Shown: positions 48,572 to 58,777, counted from the first letter of the stretch. The stretch: DNA of 64,000 nt from a bacterium (GCA_028821455.1 JAPPGE010000088.1:26857-90856); one strand, 5' to 3'. Numbers and translations are program-made. The notes: generated by a model from the sequence alone, not told the origin.

Positions 48572-50776
48572 ATGCGGCGGCTTCTCGGATATGCCGACAG
48601 GATCAGCGTCAGGCCAGACGAGACCATCAACTTCAAGGTATCAAGCGAGGACGAGGGCACCTTCCATCTCGACATCCTTCGTATCCGTTGCGGTGATGAC
48701 ACGCCGGCTGGACCGGGCCTCAAGGAGACGCCTGTCGAGGCCCGGGTAAACGGCGACTATCCGGCACGCTTCCAGAAGACGCAGGTCGGTTCCTTCGTTT
48801 CGGTCGATCATCCCCGGACACCGGCTCTGGAGAGCTTTACGCTGCAGGCGATGGTCTGGCCGACGCTTCTCGAGAAGGACGAACAGACCATCATGGGCTC
48901 GTGGCATGCCGGTCACCGCAAGGGCTATGCGATCGGCGTCGTCAACGGGAGACTCACTCTCACGATCGGCGATGGCAGCAGTATCGAAACACTGGTCTCT
49001 TCCGCCAGCATGCACGAACGCCACTGGTATCTCGTGGCCGCGACCTTCGACTCCGCGACAGGCGAGGCCACCCTCATCCAGGAGCCTCTCGTGCGCTATG
49101 CCGGCGATGCCGACAGTGCACGGACGACACGACCCATGGATGTCCGACCGGGAAACGGCGGCAGATTCATCATTGCCGGCCACAACAGCGATGACGGCGT
49201 CAGCGGTCTCTTCAATGGCAAGATCGATACACCGGCAGTGACCTCGCGTGTGCTCGAACGCGGCCAGATGGAGCACCTTCTGGATCGGCGCATTCCTCCC
49301 GAGGTCGCCGCCGATGTGGTCGCCCTGTGGGACTTCAGCCGCGAAATGAACGGCGTGACGGCCCACGACATCTCGCCGAACCGGCTTCACGGCACTATCG
49401 TCAACATACCCACGCGAGCCATGAAGGGCTGGAATCACGACGGCAGCGAGATGGTCTGGACCCACCGGCCGGAGCACTACGGCGCCATCCACTTCCATGA
49501 CGACGATCTCTATGACTGCGACTGGGAAACGGACGCCGCCTGGCACGTGCCCGCCAACTGCCGGAGCGGCGCCTTTGCCGCCTTCCTGACCCAGAACGAC
49601 CAGTGGTTCTATATCCCCTTCTATGTCCGCCCGCCGACCGGACGTCCGGGGGCACGCTTGGCCCTCTTGATTGCCACTTGCAGCTACTATGCCTACGTCA
49701 ACAATCACATGCCGATCGGCTGGGGTGACATGGGTGAGCATTCCGGCAACGCCTTCAGCGTGATCGACATGACCGACATTCACCTTCACATGCACCCGGA
49801 GCACGGACTGTCGATGTATGACAACCACAGCGACGGCTCCGGCGTGGCCTATGCCTCGCGTCTGCGCCCGTTCCTGCGCATGGGTCCACGAGACGATCTC
49901 TGGCAATACAACGCCGACACCCACATCACCGACTGGCTCGAGGAACAGGGGATCGCGTTCGATGTCATCACCGACGACGACCTCGACGCCGAGGGTGTGG
50001 CCCTTCTCGAACCCTATGCTTCAGTCATGACGACGACGCATCCCGAGTACACCACCACGGGAATGATGCAGGCCCTGCTTCACTACCAGCAGCGGGGCGG
50101 CCGCTTCATCTACATGGGCGGCAATGGCTTCTACTGGCGGGTGGCGCTTCACCCAACTCTTCCCGGGGTCATGGAAATGCGGCGGGCCGAGGACGGCATG
50201 CGCAGCTGGATCGCCTCGCCGGGTGAATACGTCATGAGTTTCAACGGAGAACTCGGCGGCCTGTGGCGGCGCAACGGCATGAGCCCGGAGGCGATCTGCG
50301 GCACGGGCTTCGCCGCCCAGGGGTTCAATTTCGCCCGGCCCTACACGCGAACCCCGGCGAGCGAGGATTCGCGTGCCTCCTGGATCTTCGAAGGCATCGG
50401 CCGCGACGAGAAGATCGGCGACTTCGGATCCGTCTTCGGCGGTGCCGCCGGAGCCGAGATCGACAGTATCGACCCTCAGGAAGGCACACCGCCCCACGCC
50501 CTCGTCGTCGCCGAGGCCACCGACTTCGGCGTCGATTTCCACTGGGTCAACGAGGAGTTCCTTCACACGCATTCCGCCGTCAACGGCGAGAACTGTCCCC
50601 ACGTGCGCTGTGACATGGTGTTCTACGAAACACCCAACGGCGGCGCGGTCTTCTCGACCAGTTCCATCGCTTTTGCCGGATCCCTTGCCCACAACGGTTA
50701 CGACAACAACGTCAGCCGCCTGCTCTCCAATGTCGTCAACCGCTTCCTCGATCCCGAACCCATCCCGTCACCCTGA
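48572..50776 (+). CDS. second N,N-dimethylformamidase large-subunit-like paralog (no adjacent small subunit)
   Basis: 734 aa, GGAGGA RBS. Clearly paralogous to the preceding gene along its whole length (shared HFHDDDL, YDNNV, GGNGFYWR blocks). Confidence 0.55.
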   Translation: MRRLLGYADRISVRPDETINFKVSSEDEGTFHLDILRIRCGDDTPAGPGLKETPVEARVNGDYPARFQKTQVGSFVSVDHPRTPALESFTLQAMVWPTLLEKDEQTIMGSWHAGHRKGYAIGVVNGRLTLTIGDGSSIETLVSSASMHERHWYLVAATFDSATGEATLIQEPLVRYAGDADSARTTRPMDVRPGNGGRFIIAGHNSDDGVSGLFNGKIDTPAVTSRVLERGQMEHLLDRRIPPEVAADVVALWDFSREMNGVTAHDISPNRLHGTIVNIPTRAMKGWNHDGSEMVWTHRPEHYGAIHFHDDDLYDCDWETDAAWHVPANCRSGAFAAFLTQNDQWFYIPFYVRPPTGRPGARLALLIATCSYYAYVNNHMPIGWGDMGEHSGNAFSVIDMTDIHLHMHPEHGLSMYDNHSDGSGVAYASRLRPFLRMGPRDDLWQYNADTHITDWLEEQGIAFDVITDDDLDAEGVALLEPYASVMTTTHPEYTTTGMMQALLHYQQRGGRFIYMGGNGFYWRVALHPTLPGVMEMRRAEDGMRSWIASPGEYVMSFNGELGGLWRRNGMSPEAICGTGFAAQGFNFARPYTRTPASEDSRASWIFEGIGRDEKIGDFGSVFGGAAGAEIDSIDPQEGTPPHALVVAEATDFGVDFHWVNEEFLHTHSAVNGENCPHVRCDMVFYETPNGGAVFSTSSIAFAGSLAHNGYDNNVSRLLSNVVNRFLDPEPIPSP

Positions 50777-50886
50777 GCACGCCTCGAAATCAAGGGACAC
50801 ATCAGGTCAGTCGCGGATGTCCTTCGTGTTCGCGAACGACATCGCCGCATCCGGCAACCAACGCTGGCGGCCCGCCATGATTCCGC

Positions 50887-52974
50887 TCAGCAAGAATCGG
50901 AAAGGGGAACGACGAGAACATCCAGAGCGATGGCGCCTCGGTCCGTGATAAGGAGAGGATTGACGTCGAGCGCATCGAGGTAGGGCCCGAGTTCGAGGGC
51001 CAGGGTCGACATCTTCATGACCGCATCGACGAGAGCACCGGAACCGACAGCGGCACCGCCGCGCCACCCCTCGAGAAGCCGGGTGAGTTTCAGGCAGGCG
51101 AGAGTTTCCTCGACCTCCAGGCGCAAGACCGGAGGACGGTAGGCGGTCACGTCGTCAAGAAGCTCGACGAGTACACCGCCGGCGCCGGCAAGAACGACGG
51201 GGCCGAACTGGGGATCGCGGGTCATCCCTACCATGGCTTCGATGCCGTCTCCGGCCATGGCCGCCACCATGCAACGTGGCCCCAGGGCCCTGGCCATGGT
51301 GCGCCAGGCATGGATGAGGCCGGCGTCATCGGCAAGGCCGGTCACGACGCCTCCTACATCCGACTTGTGGGCGATGCCCGGCATCGCCGTCTTCAGAACG
51401 ACAGGATAGCCGATCTCTCCTGCCGCCTTGCGGGCGCCTTCTTCGCTGTCGATGATCGCATGGCGCGGTGTCGCGACACCGTAGTCCTCAAGAAGCGCCA
51501 GGCCGGTCGCCTCATCGGCATCGCGCAGGCGCTCCCCCCAGTAAAGCGCTCGCTCCATGTCGGGACGCACGGGCACAGCGGCCGGACGCCGTCGCCAGTT
51601 CCTGCGCCAGAAGGCATGGGAGACGGCCTTGAGACCCGGTACGCTCCCATCGAGGACCGGCAGGTCGTGGTTGTGGGTGAAGTCCCACGCAAGTTCGTGG
51701 TGGTCGGTGCCGGAGTGGTTGGTGATGAGCGCCACGGGTTTCGTCGTCGTCGAGGCCGCAGCCAGGCAGGCGTTTGCGCAGGCGCGGCTGTAGCCGTTGT
51801 GTTGCGACACGTCGAGGAAGAAGGCTCCCAGCGCCGTTGACGGATCGTCCATGAGGGCTGCAAAGCAGTCGCGCATGACGCCGTCGTGATCGACCCCGGT
51901 CCCGAAGGCGTCACAGGGGTTCTCCGCATCGAGGCCGTAGTCGAGGCGTTCTCCAAGACTGGCTCTCGTTTTCTCGCCAATGACGGCGAACGGAACGCCG
52001 AGATCGCTGGCCAGGTCGCAGATCATCTCGCGCTCGCCACCGGAATCGTGGATCGTCGCAAGGGCGCCGTCTCCGACATCCCTCGCCCGGGCAAGCAGCA
52101 GGGACGTGGCAATGAGTTCATCGATCGTCGAGACCCGCAGCACTCCGTGCTTGCGAAAGACGGCGTCGATGGTCCGGTCATCGCCGGCAAGGGCTCCGGT
52201 GTGGCTCACCGCCATGCGTGCCGCCATGTCGGAACGGCCCGCCTTGAGCGCCACCACGGGCACGTCCCTTGCCTGCGCCTTTTCGAGAACCGCTTCGAAC
52301 CCTTGCGGATCACGGATCGTCTCGAGAAAGAGGGTCAGCACCCGCGCCGTGCCGAGTTCGAGGGCATAGTCCATGTAGTCGACGACCGTTGCCGAGGTCT
52401 CCCGACCGACGGAGGCCGCGAAATTCGGTTTCAGGCGGCTTCCCGCGAGGCAGCCGAAGACCGACCCGGACTGGGCCAGGACCGTGATCCGTCCAGGATC
52501 GAACTGCGGGAAACGGTAGGAATTGACGTGGATGGCGGCCTCATAGTTGCAGAATCCCATGCAGTTGACGCCGATCGAGGGAACATCAGCCTCGCGCAGC
52601 ATCGCTTCGAGACGCTCGGCAAGCGCCGGTTCCCTGTCGCCCGGCACGACACAGCTGCCGAAGATCGCCACCGCCCTGACACCTGCCTCGATGGCCGCCG
52701 TCACCTGATCCTCGACACGGGTGTCGCCGACCGCCATGACGGCAAGGTCGACCGGGTCCGGCAGGTCTGCCAGCGACGGATGACAGACATGTCCGGCAAC
52801 CTCTCGATAGCGCGGGTTGACCGGGTAGACCGGTCCGTCAAAATCGAGATCGCGGAATGTCTCGAGAACACTGCGTCCTGTCGCATGTTCGCGCGCCGTC
52901 GCTCCCACCACCGCCACCGATGACGGCACGAGCAGAGGCTGGAGCCGATGCGCGATACGCCGGCGCCGCATCAT
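50887..52974 (-). CDS. ADP-forming acyl-CoA synthetase (acetate-CoA ligase family; CoA-binding + succinyl-CoA-synthetase-like + ATP-grasp)
   Basis: N-terminal CoA-binding Rossmann (SVAVVGAT), phosphohistidine-loop region (SHTGALAG), C-terminal ATP-grasp. Internal ATG chosen to avoid overlap with the upstream gene. Confidence 0.8.
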   Translation of the reverse strand: MMRRRRIAHRLQPLLVPSSVAVVGATAREHATGRSVLETFRDLDFDGPVYPVNPRYREVAGHVCHPSLADLPDPVDLAVMAVGDTRVEDQVTAAIEAGVRAVAIFGSCVVPGDREPALAERLEAMLREADVPSIGVNCMGFCNYEAAIHVNSYRFPQFDPGRITVLAQSGSVFGCLAGSRLKPNFAASVGRETSATVVDYMDYALELGTARVLTLFLETIRDPQGFEAVLEKAQARDVPVVALKAGRSDMAARMAVSHTGALAGDDRTIDAVFRKHGVLRVSTIDELIATSLLLARARDVGDGALATIHDSGGEREMICDLASDLGVPFAVIGEKTRASLGERLDYGLDAENPCDAFGTGVDHDGVMRDCFAALMDDPSTALGAFFLDVSQHNGYSRACANACLAAASTTTKPVALITNHSGTDHHELAWDFTHNHDLPVLDGSVPGLKAVSHAFWRRNWRRRPAAVPVRPDMERALYWGERLRDADEATGLALLEDYGVATPRHAIIDSEEGARKAAGEIGYPVVLKTAMPGIAHKSDVGGVVTGLADDAGLIHAWRTMARALGPRCMVAAMAGDGIEAMVGMTRDPQFGPVVLAGAGGVLVELLDDVTAYRPPVLRLEVEETLACLKLTRLLEGWRGGAAVGSGALVDAVMKMSTLALELGPYLDALDVNPLLITDRGAIALDVLVVPLSDSC

Positions 52975-52990
52975 TCCGGCAATGGGCCGT

Positions 52991-54232
52991 TCAGAAGAAA
53001 ACGTATGAGCGAACCACGATGTTCTTGCGGCACGGCGCATCGGCGGGTGCGCCGGGATCGAAGCAGGCGGAGTGGAAAGACCACCTGGAAACTGATCCGT
53101 CGGTGATGGAATCGTAACACTTCAGCATGGATATCTCGTTGGGCTGCTGGCGTGGAAACCAGTACCAATCGTGGTCCGGGCGATAGGTGAACCGGGTGGT
53201 CTCTCCGACGCGATCGTCATAGATGCGGTAGTTCGTGATGTAGGGCTGATCGGCGAAGGAAGGCCAGGCACACAGGATGAAGGGATACTGCTCGACCGTC
53301 TCGAAGGGTTTGGCGAGATTGATCGACATGAATCGGCGCGACATCTTGGCATCGGCTTCGGCCTCGGAGTAGTGCTGCTCGCGTCCGAAGTTTCGCAGGT
53401 TCTGCGTCAGCAACTCCCGGCACCGCACACGCCCGGAATTGTCGTTGAGATCGTTGTGCACGAGATTGACATATCCGGTGTTCACTCCGGGGTTCTTCGC
53501 GTCCTGATCTTCCCTGACCGGGCCGTCGTAGTCCCGGTTGAAGATGTCGTGATTGTAGACGAGAGCATCGGTGGCACCGGGAAAGAAATCCATGAGAAGC
53601 CGCTCGATTTCCGGATAGAAGACGCGTTCCACTTCCACGGCGTTGTAGAAGTCGGTGCAGCTGGAGTCGAGGTGGGCCAGGGAGACTCCCAGCTTGTCCA
53701 TGCACTCGGGCGCGGTAACGGAAGGCCTTCCAGGGGTTTCTCCGATCCTGCGGGCATCGCGCACCACCTGGGGGAAATAGAGCGAACGCCTCCAGAGGTT
53801 CTCTTCCGCCTGGCGCAACAGGTCTGCTTCCTTTCGCCGCGTCGGATCCTGCCAAAGGTGATTCGACGACACGACGGAATAGGACGGATGCTCGTAGACG
53901 GTATAGCGCAGCGGCAGCACCACTCCTCCCTCGGGTGCTTTCATGCCGCTGGCGCGAATGTGCTCCATGCACTCATCCCAGGTGCGGAAACCGGTTCCCC
54001 GCCTGGTTTGCACAGGACCAGGGGGCGCATCCTCGATCCAGCGAATGAAATCGTCGACATGGCCCAGCGCAATCTGTTCGAGCGCGGCGTTGAGCGCCGC
54101 CCCGGTCCCCGCATCGCCATCGCGCTCGAATGATGCAAAGGAGAGACCGCCATTGGCTGCCACCGGCTCCGGTTGTCCGCTGGTGATTTCCAGAGACGGC
54201 ACCCAGGCCGTCTGGATTCCACGTCCGTCCAT
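52991..54232 (-). CDS. conserved hypothetical 413-aa protein (copy 1 of tandem pair); HxD-containing, possibly a non-haem-iron oxygenase-like fold
   Basis: Start MDGRGIQTAW with GGGGGA RBS, 16 nt upstream of acs. No family recognised. LVHNDLND motif. Confidence 0.6.
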   Translation of the reverse strand: MDGRGIQTAWVPSLEITSGQPEPVAANGGLSFASFERDGDAGTGAALNAALEQIALGHVDDFIRWIEDAPPGPVQTRRGTGFRTWDECMEHIRASGMKAPEGGVVLPLRYTVYEHPSYSVVSSNHLWQDPTRRKEADLLRQAEENLWRRSLYFPQVVRDARRIGETPGRPSVTAPECMDKLGVSLAHLDSSCTDFYNAVEVERVFYPEIERLLMDFFPGATDALVYNHDIFNRDYDGPVREDQDAKNPGVNTGYVNLVHNDLNDNSGRVRCRELLTQNLRNFGREQHYSEAEADAKMSRRFMSINLAKPFETVEQYPFILCAWPSFADQPYITNYRIYDDRVGETTRFTYRPDHDWYWFPRQQPNEISMLKCYDSITDGSVSRWSFHSACFDPGAPADAPCRKNIVVRSYVFF

Positions 54233-54345
54233 CTGATCCCCCGCAAGGCGTCTGTCGCTTGGCCCTACTTTGAGCCCATCGAAGGCGGATTCGCAAGTCC
54301 CGGGCGACTCCACCGCCAGGAGCAGTGGTCAATGGGGAATACAGC

Positions 54346-54531
54346 GGTGTCGTTCGGATCTGTCAATTCTGCCAAAGACGGTTGGCAGGCCTGACCGACA
54401 ACCTCTCCAAAACGTGTGCTGACCGGGTAGACTGGTCCGTCAAGATCCAGACTGCGGAACGTCTCGAAAGCGCTGCGTCCCGTCGCATGTTCGCACGGCT
54501 CCGCTCCCACCACCGCCACCGAAGACGGCAC
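54346..54531 (-). pseudogene. 5' fragment of the acyl-CoA synthetase gene carried inside the tandem duplication
   Basis: Track ORF 54265..54531 begins MPSSVAVVGAEPCEHATGRSAFETFRSLDLDGPVYPV, which aligns with acs residues LVPSSVAVVGATAREHATGRSVLETFRDLDFDGPVYPV. Homology ends about 70 aa in. Confidence 0.55.
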
Positions 54532-54576
54532 GAGCAGAGGCTGAAGCCGTGTTACTTCTGTTGTGAACCGTTCCGT

Positions 54577-55818
54577 TCAGAAGAACACGTACGAGCGAAC
54601 CACGATGTTCTTGCGGCAAGGCGCGTCAGCGGGTGCACCGGGATCGAAGCAGGCAGAGTGGAAAGACCACCTGGAAACGGATCCGTCGGTGATGGAATCG
54701 TAACACTTCAGCATGGAAATCTCGTTGGGCTGCTGGCGTGGAAACCAGTACCAGTCGTGGTCCGGGCGATGGGTGAACACGGTGGTCTCTCCGACCCGGT
54801 CGTCATAGATGCGGTAGTTCGTGATGTAGGGCTGATCGGCGAAGGAAGGCCAGGCACACAGGATGAAGGGATATTGCTCGACGGTCTCGAACGGTTTGGC
54901 GAGATTGATCGACATGAACCGGCGGGACATCTTGGCATCGGCCTCGGCCTCCGTGTAGTGCTGCTCGCGTCCGAAATTCCGCAAGTTCTGCGTCAGCAGC
55001 TCCCGGCATCGCACACGCCCGGAATTGTCGTTGAGGTCGTTGTGCACGAAATTGACATACCCGGTGTTGACTCCGGGGTCCTTCGCATCCTGGTCTTCCC
55101 TGACCGGGCCATCGTAGTCCCGGTTGAAGATGTCATGATTGTAGACGAGGGCATCGGTGGCATCGGGAAAGAAATCCAGGAGAAGCCGCTCGATTTCCGG
55201 ATAGTAGACGCGTTCCACTTCCGCTGCGTCGTAGAAATCGGCGCAGGTGGAATCGAGGTGGGTCAGAGAGACCCCGAGCCTGTCCATGCATTCCGGCGTG
55301 GTGACCGAGAGACCTCCAGAGGTTTCCTCGATCCTGCGGGCATCGCGTACCACCTGGGGAAAATAGAGGGAACTCCGCCAGATGTTCTCTTCCGCCTGGC
55401 GCAACAGGTCTGCTTCCTTTCGCCGCGCCGGATCCTGCCAAAGGTGATTCGACGACACGACGGAGTACGACGGATGCTCGTAGACGGTGTAACGCAACGG
55501 CAGCACCACCCCGCCATCGGGTGCCTCCACGCGGCTGGCGCGAATGTGGTCCATGCACTCGTCCCAGGTGCGGAACCCGGTTCCCCACCTTGTTTCCACG
55601 GGACCAGGGGGCGCATCCTCGATCCAGCGAATGAAATCGTCGACATGGCCCAGGGCGATCTGCTCGAGCGCAGCATCGATCGCCGCCCGGGTCCCCGCAT
55701 CGCCATCACGCTCAAATGATGCAAAGGAGAGACCGCCGTTGGCGGCCACCGGCTCCGGCTGTCCGCTGGTGATCTCAAGAGACGGCACCCAGGCCGTGTG
55801 GATTCCACGTCCGTCCAT
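54577..55818 (-). CDS. conserved hypothetical 413-aa protein (copy 2, about 95% identical to copy 1)
   Basis: Start MDGRGIHTAW with GAGGG RBS. Nearly identical at protein and DNA level to 52991..54232. Confidence 0.6.
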   Translation of the reverse strand: MDGRGIHTAWVPSLEITSGQPEPVAANGGLSFASFERDGDAGTRAAIDAALEQIALGHVDDFIRWIEDAPPGPVETRWGTGFRTWDECMDHIRASRVEAPDGGVVLPLRYTVYEHPSYSVVSSNHLWQDPARRKEADLLRQAEENIWRSSLYFPQVVRDARRIEETSGGLSVTTPECMDRLGVSLTHLDSTCADFYDAAEVERVYYPEIERLLLDFFPDATDALVYNHDIFNRDYDGPVREDQDAKDPGVNTGYVNFVHNDLNDNSGRVRCRELLTQNLRNFGREQHYTEAEADAKMSRRFMSINLAKPFETVEQYPFILCAWPSFADQPYITNYRIYDDRVGETTVFTHRPDHDWYWFPRQQPNEISMLKCYDSITDGSVSRWSFHSACFDPGAPADAPCRKNIVVRSYVFF

Positions 55819-55912
55819 CTCAGCCCTCGCAAGATGTCTGCTGCATGGACTACTTTGGACCCATCGCAGGCGGGGTCGCAAGGCCCGGGTCACGCCACGC
55901 CGGGAGCCGCGG

Positions 55913-56386
55913 TCAATAGGGAATCCTGCCGGTCGTCCGGTTCCAGGCGTCGAAAGTAGCAATCGCTTCGTTCGCCAACAGCCTTCGCGCGGTGATGGAC
56001 CGTTGAGATATGGCCAGCGCCACCTCGCGGTAGATGAGGTCGTCATCGAAACCGATCCGGGCCGCATCCTCCCTGGTGTTGCCATAGACGATTCGGGAAA
56101 GCCGCGCCCAGTAAATGGCGGCAAGACACATCGGACAGGGTTCGCAACTCGTGTAGATGACACACCCTTCCAGAGAAAAGGTGGAGAGTGTGCGGCAGGC
56201 GTCGCGGATGGCTACGATCTCGGCGTGAGCCGTGGGATCATGGTCGGTGGTCACGCGATTGGCGCCTTCGCCGACGATCCGGCCATCGCACACGACGACC
56301 GCGCCGAAGGGCCCGCCTTCGAGTGTCGTCACGCTGGCGTCTGCAAGGGCGATGGCCCGTCGCATGAAGGCAGCATCATCAGGCAT
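55913..56386 (-). CDS. CDA-fold nucleoside/nucleotide deaminase (TadA / guanine-deaminase-like)
   Basis: HAEIVAIR and PCPMC zinc-binding motifs. Confidence 0.8.
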   Translation of the reverse strand: MPDDAAFMRRAIALADASVTTLEGGPFGAVVVCDGRIVGEGANRVTTDHDPTAHAEIVAIRDACRTLSTFSLEGCVIYTSCEPCPMCLAAIYWARLSRIVYGNTREDAARIGFDDDLIYREVALAISQRSITARRLLANEAIATFDAWNRTTGRIPY

Positions 56387-57267
56387 CAGGAGTCCTGCCG
56401 ACTGCGCACATGGCGCACACCGAACTCGGGCGCCCTCTCCTCGACTCCGGCAAAGTAGAAGGCGTTCATCTCGCGCAGCATGGCATCGATCGGGCGAAGG
56501 CCTGCCGGGTCAAGGTCGAAGACGGGTTCGGGTTCGGGCCTGAAATGACCGAACCTGTCCTTGCCCCGGACAAGCGTCGCATAGTCGACTTCACCCACCA
56601 CCTGTCTCATTTCCGGCGTGATGAACCGCAGGGCCAGGCCGATCCGCCTCGATGCCGAAGGGTTCGCCGGGGAGGAATGATAGAGGCTGCCGTGATGAAG
56701 CGACATCTCGCCAGACTTCAGCTCCACGTCGACCGCCTCATCCTCGTCAACGTCGACTGCCAATTCCTGCCCTCTTGAGAGCTGGTTCAACTCGCGCCAG
56801 GTGTCCCGGTGCTCGACCATGCCGTGGCGGTGGGAGCCGGGTATGAACCGCATGGCGCCATTGTCCCGGGTCACGTCGCCCAGCGCGATCCAGGCGGTGG
56901 TTTCGCGTGTGTCGTCATCGAGGCCCCAGTAGCGCAGATCCTGATGCCAACCGACGAAATCCGTCGTGTGGGGCTCCTTGATGAAAAAACCGGCGCTCCA
57001 CAGGAGAAGATCGGGGCCCATCAGCGACTCGACGGGATCGAGAACGCGGCTGTCCCTCGCCAGCGCATGAATCCCGGGCAACACGAGATGGGGAACATTG
57101 AAGGTATACTGGAAGACATGGGGCTGATCGCGGGTACGATCGAGCAGATCCTCGGTTTCCTGACGGAGATCACGCGCCTCGGCGGACGAGATCGCCGGCA
57201 CGGGGAAGAGATAGCCCCGCTCGTGGTAGGCGTCCGCGGACGCGCGGTCGAGAAACCCTCGTGTCAT
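56386..57267 (-). CDS. phytanoyl-CoA dioxygenase (PhyH) family Fe(II)/2-oxoglutarate dioxygenase
   Basis: GWHQDLRYWG HxD region and distal His (GSLYHSS). PhyH/EctD-like length. Confidence 0.7.
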   Translation of the reverse strand: MTRGFLDRASADAYHERGYLFPVPAISSAEARDLRQETEDLLDRTRDQPHVFQYTFNVPHLVLPGIHALARDSRVLDPVESLMGPDLLLWSAGFFIKEPHTTDFVGWHQDLRYWGLDDDTRETTAWIALGDVTRDNGAMRFIPGSHRHGMVEHRDTWRELNQLSRGQELAVDVDEDEAVDVELKSGEMSLHHGSLYHSSPANPSASRRIGLALRFITPEMRQVVGEVDYATLVRGKDRFGHFRPEPEPVFDLDPAGLRPIDAMLREMNAFYFAGVEERAPEFGVRHVRSRQDS

Positions 57268-57543
57268 GTCGCTCCTCCTTGCCTGTCAGAGATGTCCGGC
57301 ACGCCTGGTGCCGGGTGTGATTCCGAAGATCCTGCAGCGCGCCGAAATCCAGCTTCCCGAACCTGTCGCCAGGCGACCTCCATCCCGTCAGCCGTGGTCC
57401 CGGACCGGCGATCACCCGAGGCGGGCAGGATCGCCGATTCGTCCCGGACACGGGCGACGTGGTGTCCGGGAATCACGGATCGAAGGCTGGTACAGGAAGA
57501 AAGCACGTCGCTTGGCCGTCCATTGCGGGGTGATCTTGCGATT

Positions 57544-58338
57544 TCAGTCAGTCTTCGTCAGGCGCCTGGCCAGCATGTGTGTGTGATGGATGCCACCGCC
57601 GGCGAGGGCTTCAAGGCGTCGCATGCTCGCGTCAATGCGCCTGGCAAACATCTCTTCACCCAGGGCTTCCCTCAGAATCCCGGCTTCAGGCCCTCGGACC
57701 CATGCCACTTCCCGACGCGCGGCATCGAGGGACCGCACCGTGTCGTCCTTCATGCACGGAGGGCCCAGACCGGCCCGGCCGAACGCCTCCTCGTAGACGG
57801 TGAGATTCTCGAAGTGAAAGGTGAGGCCGTAGGCCTTCATGGCATCGATCCAGGCCTTGTAGAGGTGTGGCGCCGCTTTGGGACCGGAGGGAACCGTGAA
57901 GTCGGCGCAGATTACCTGCCCTCCCGGAACCAGCACGCGCGCCACCTCGTCAAACAGGGCGGATTTGTCGGGAATATGGCAGACGACGTCCTTGGCGAAG
58001 ACGGTATCGAAGGAATCATCATCAAACGGCAATGGTCCCGGTGTGACATGTTGCGTTTCGATCTTCCCGACAAGTCCGGCTTCGCGGATCGTCTCGCGGG
58101 CTCGCATGACGAGATCGCCGGCAACATCGATCGATGTCACGTGACGGGCGCCAAAGGTCCCGACAAGCATGACCGCCGCTCCGCCAAGACCACAACCGAC
58201 ATCGAGAACGGTTCGGCCGGCAAGGTCGACTCCCTCGAGCAGGGCGGCCATTTCCTCGGCGCCCCCAGGCGACAGGAACCCCTTGCCATAGAGCGCCTGC
58301 ATGCCTTCGACAACATTTGTCGAGTACTGGGTCGTCAT
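57544..58338 (-). CDS. class I SAM-dependent methyltransferase
   Basis: Motif I VLDVGCGLGG, acidic post-I residue, motif II DTVFAKDV. Confidence 0.8.
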   Translation of the reverse strand: MTTQYSTNVVEGMQALYGKGFLSPGGAEEMAALLEGVDLAGRTVLDVGCGLGGAAVMLVGTFGARHVTSIDVAGDLVMRARETIREAGLVGKIETQHVTPGPLPFDDDSFDTVFAKDVVCHIPDKSALFDEVARVLVPGGQVICADFTVPSGPKAAPHLYKAWIDAMKAYGLTFHFENLTVYEEAFGRAGLGPPCMKDDTVRSLDAARREVAWVRGPEAGILREALGEEMFARRIDASMRRLEALAGGGIHHTHMLARRLTKTD

Positions 58339-58777
58339 GAACTCGTCTCTCCACGCCACCTCGCGGACGAGGCGCAGTATTGCATGCAGGTCTCGTCGCT
58401 AGACAAGGAGGAATCTGCGCCCCGTGTTCCGTGCCGGCAGACGCAGCAGGCGCCATGGCGGGTCGGACGCCATGGCGAGCGTGCCTGTGCCGAACCGGAC
58501 GTCGATCCCTCGACCAGGACCGCCATCCCCTCCATTGCCCCAGCACATCGCCATAAAGGATGTGTCCGCTCTCAAGGCCGCCGGCGGCGGCGCCCTTTCA
58601 AACGTTGGCTGCCCAATCCAGCGTCAGAATTGGTGAACTCCAACGGGCGCGGTGCGTATGGCGCGTGAATCTTGCCGCATCCACTCGATGAACGGTCGAG
58701 CATCAAGGCCGAAATCCGTGATATCGGAGCCGACACCGGGGAAGACAACGCGAGGTGACGGATGCCTGAACGTCGTC

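Larger units (their letters stand above)
52767..55940. repeat. direct tandem duplication, two units of about 1.6 kb, each carrying the 413-aa gene plus the first ~200 nt of acs
   Basis: Unit A is about 52767-54369 and unit B about 54381-55940. Long stretches are identical or near-identical (e.g. 53041-53160 vs 54621-54740). Edges are more diverged. Confidence 0.8.
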
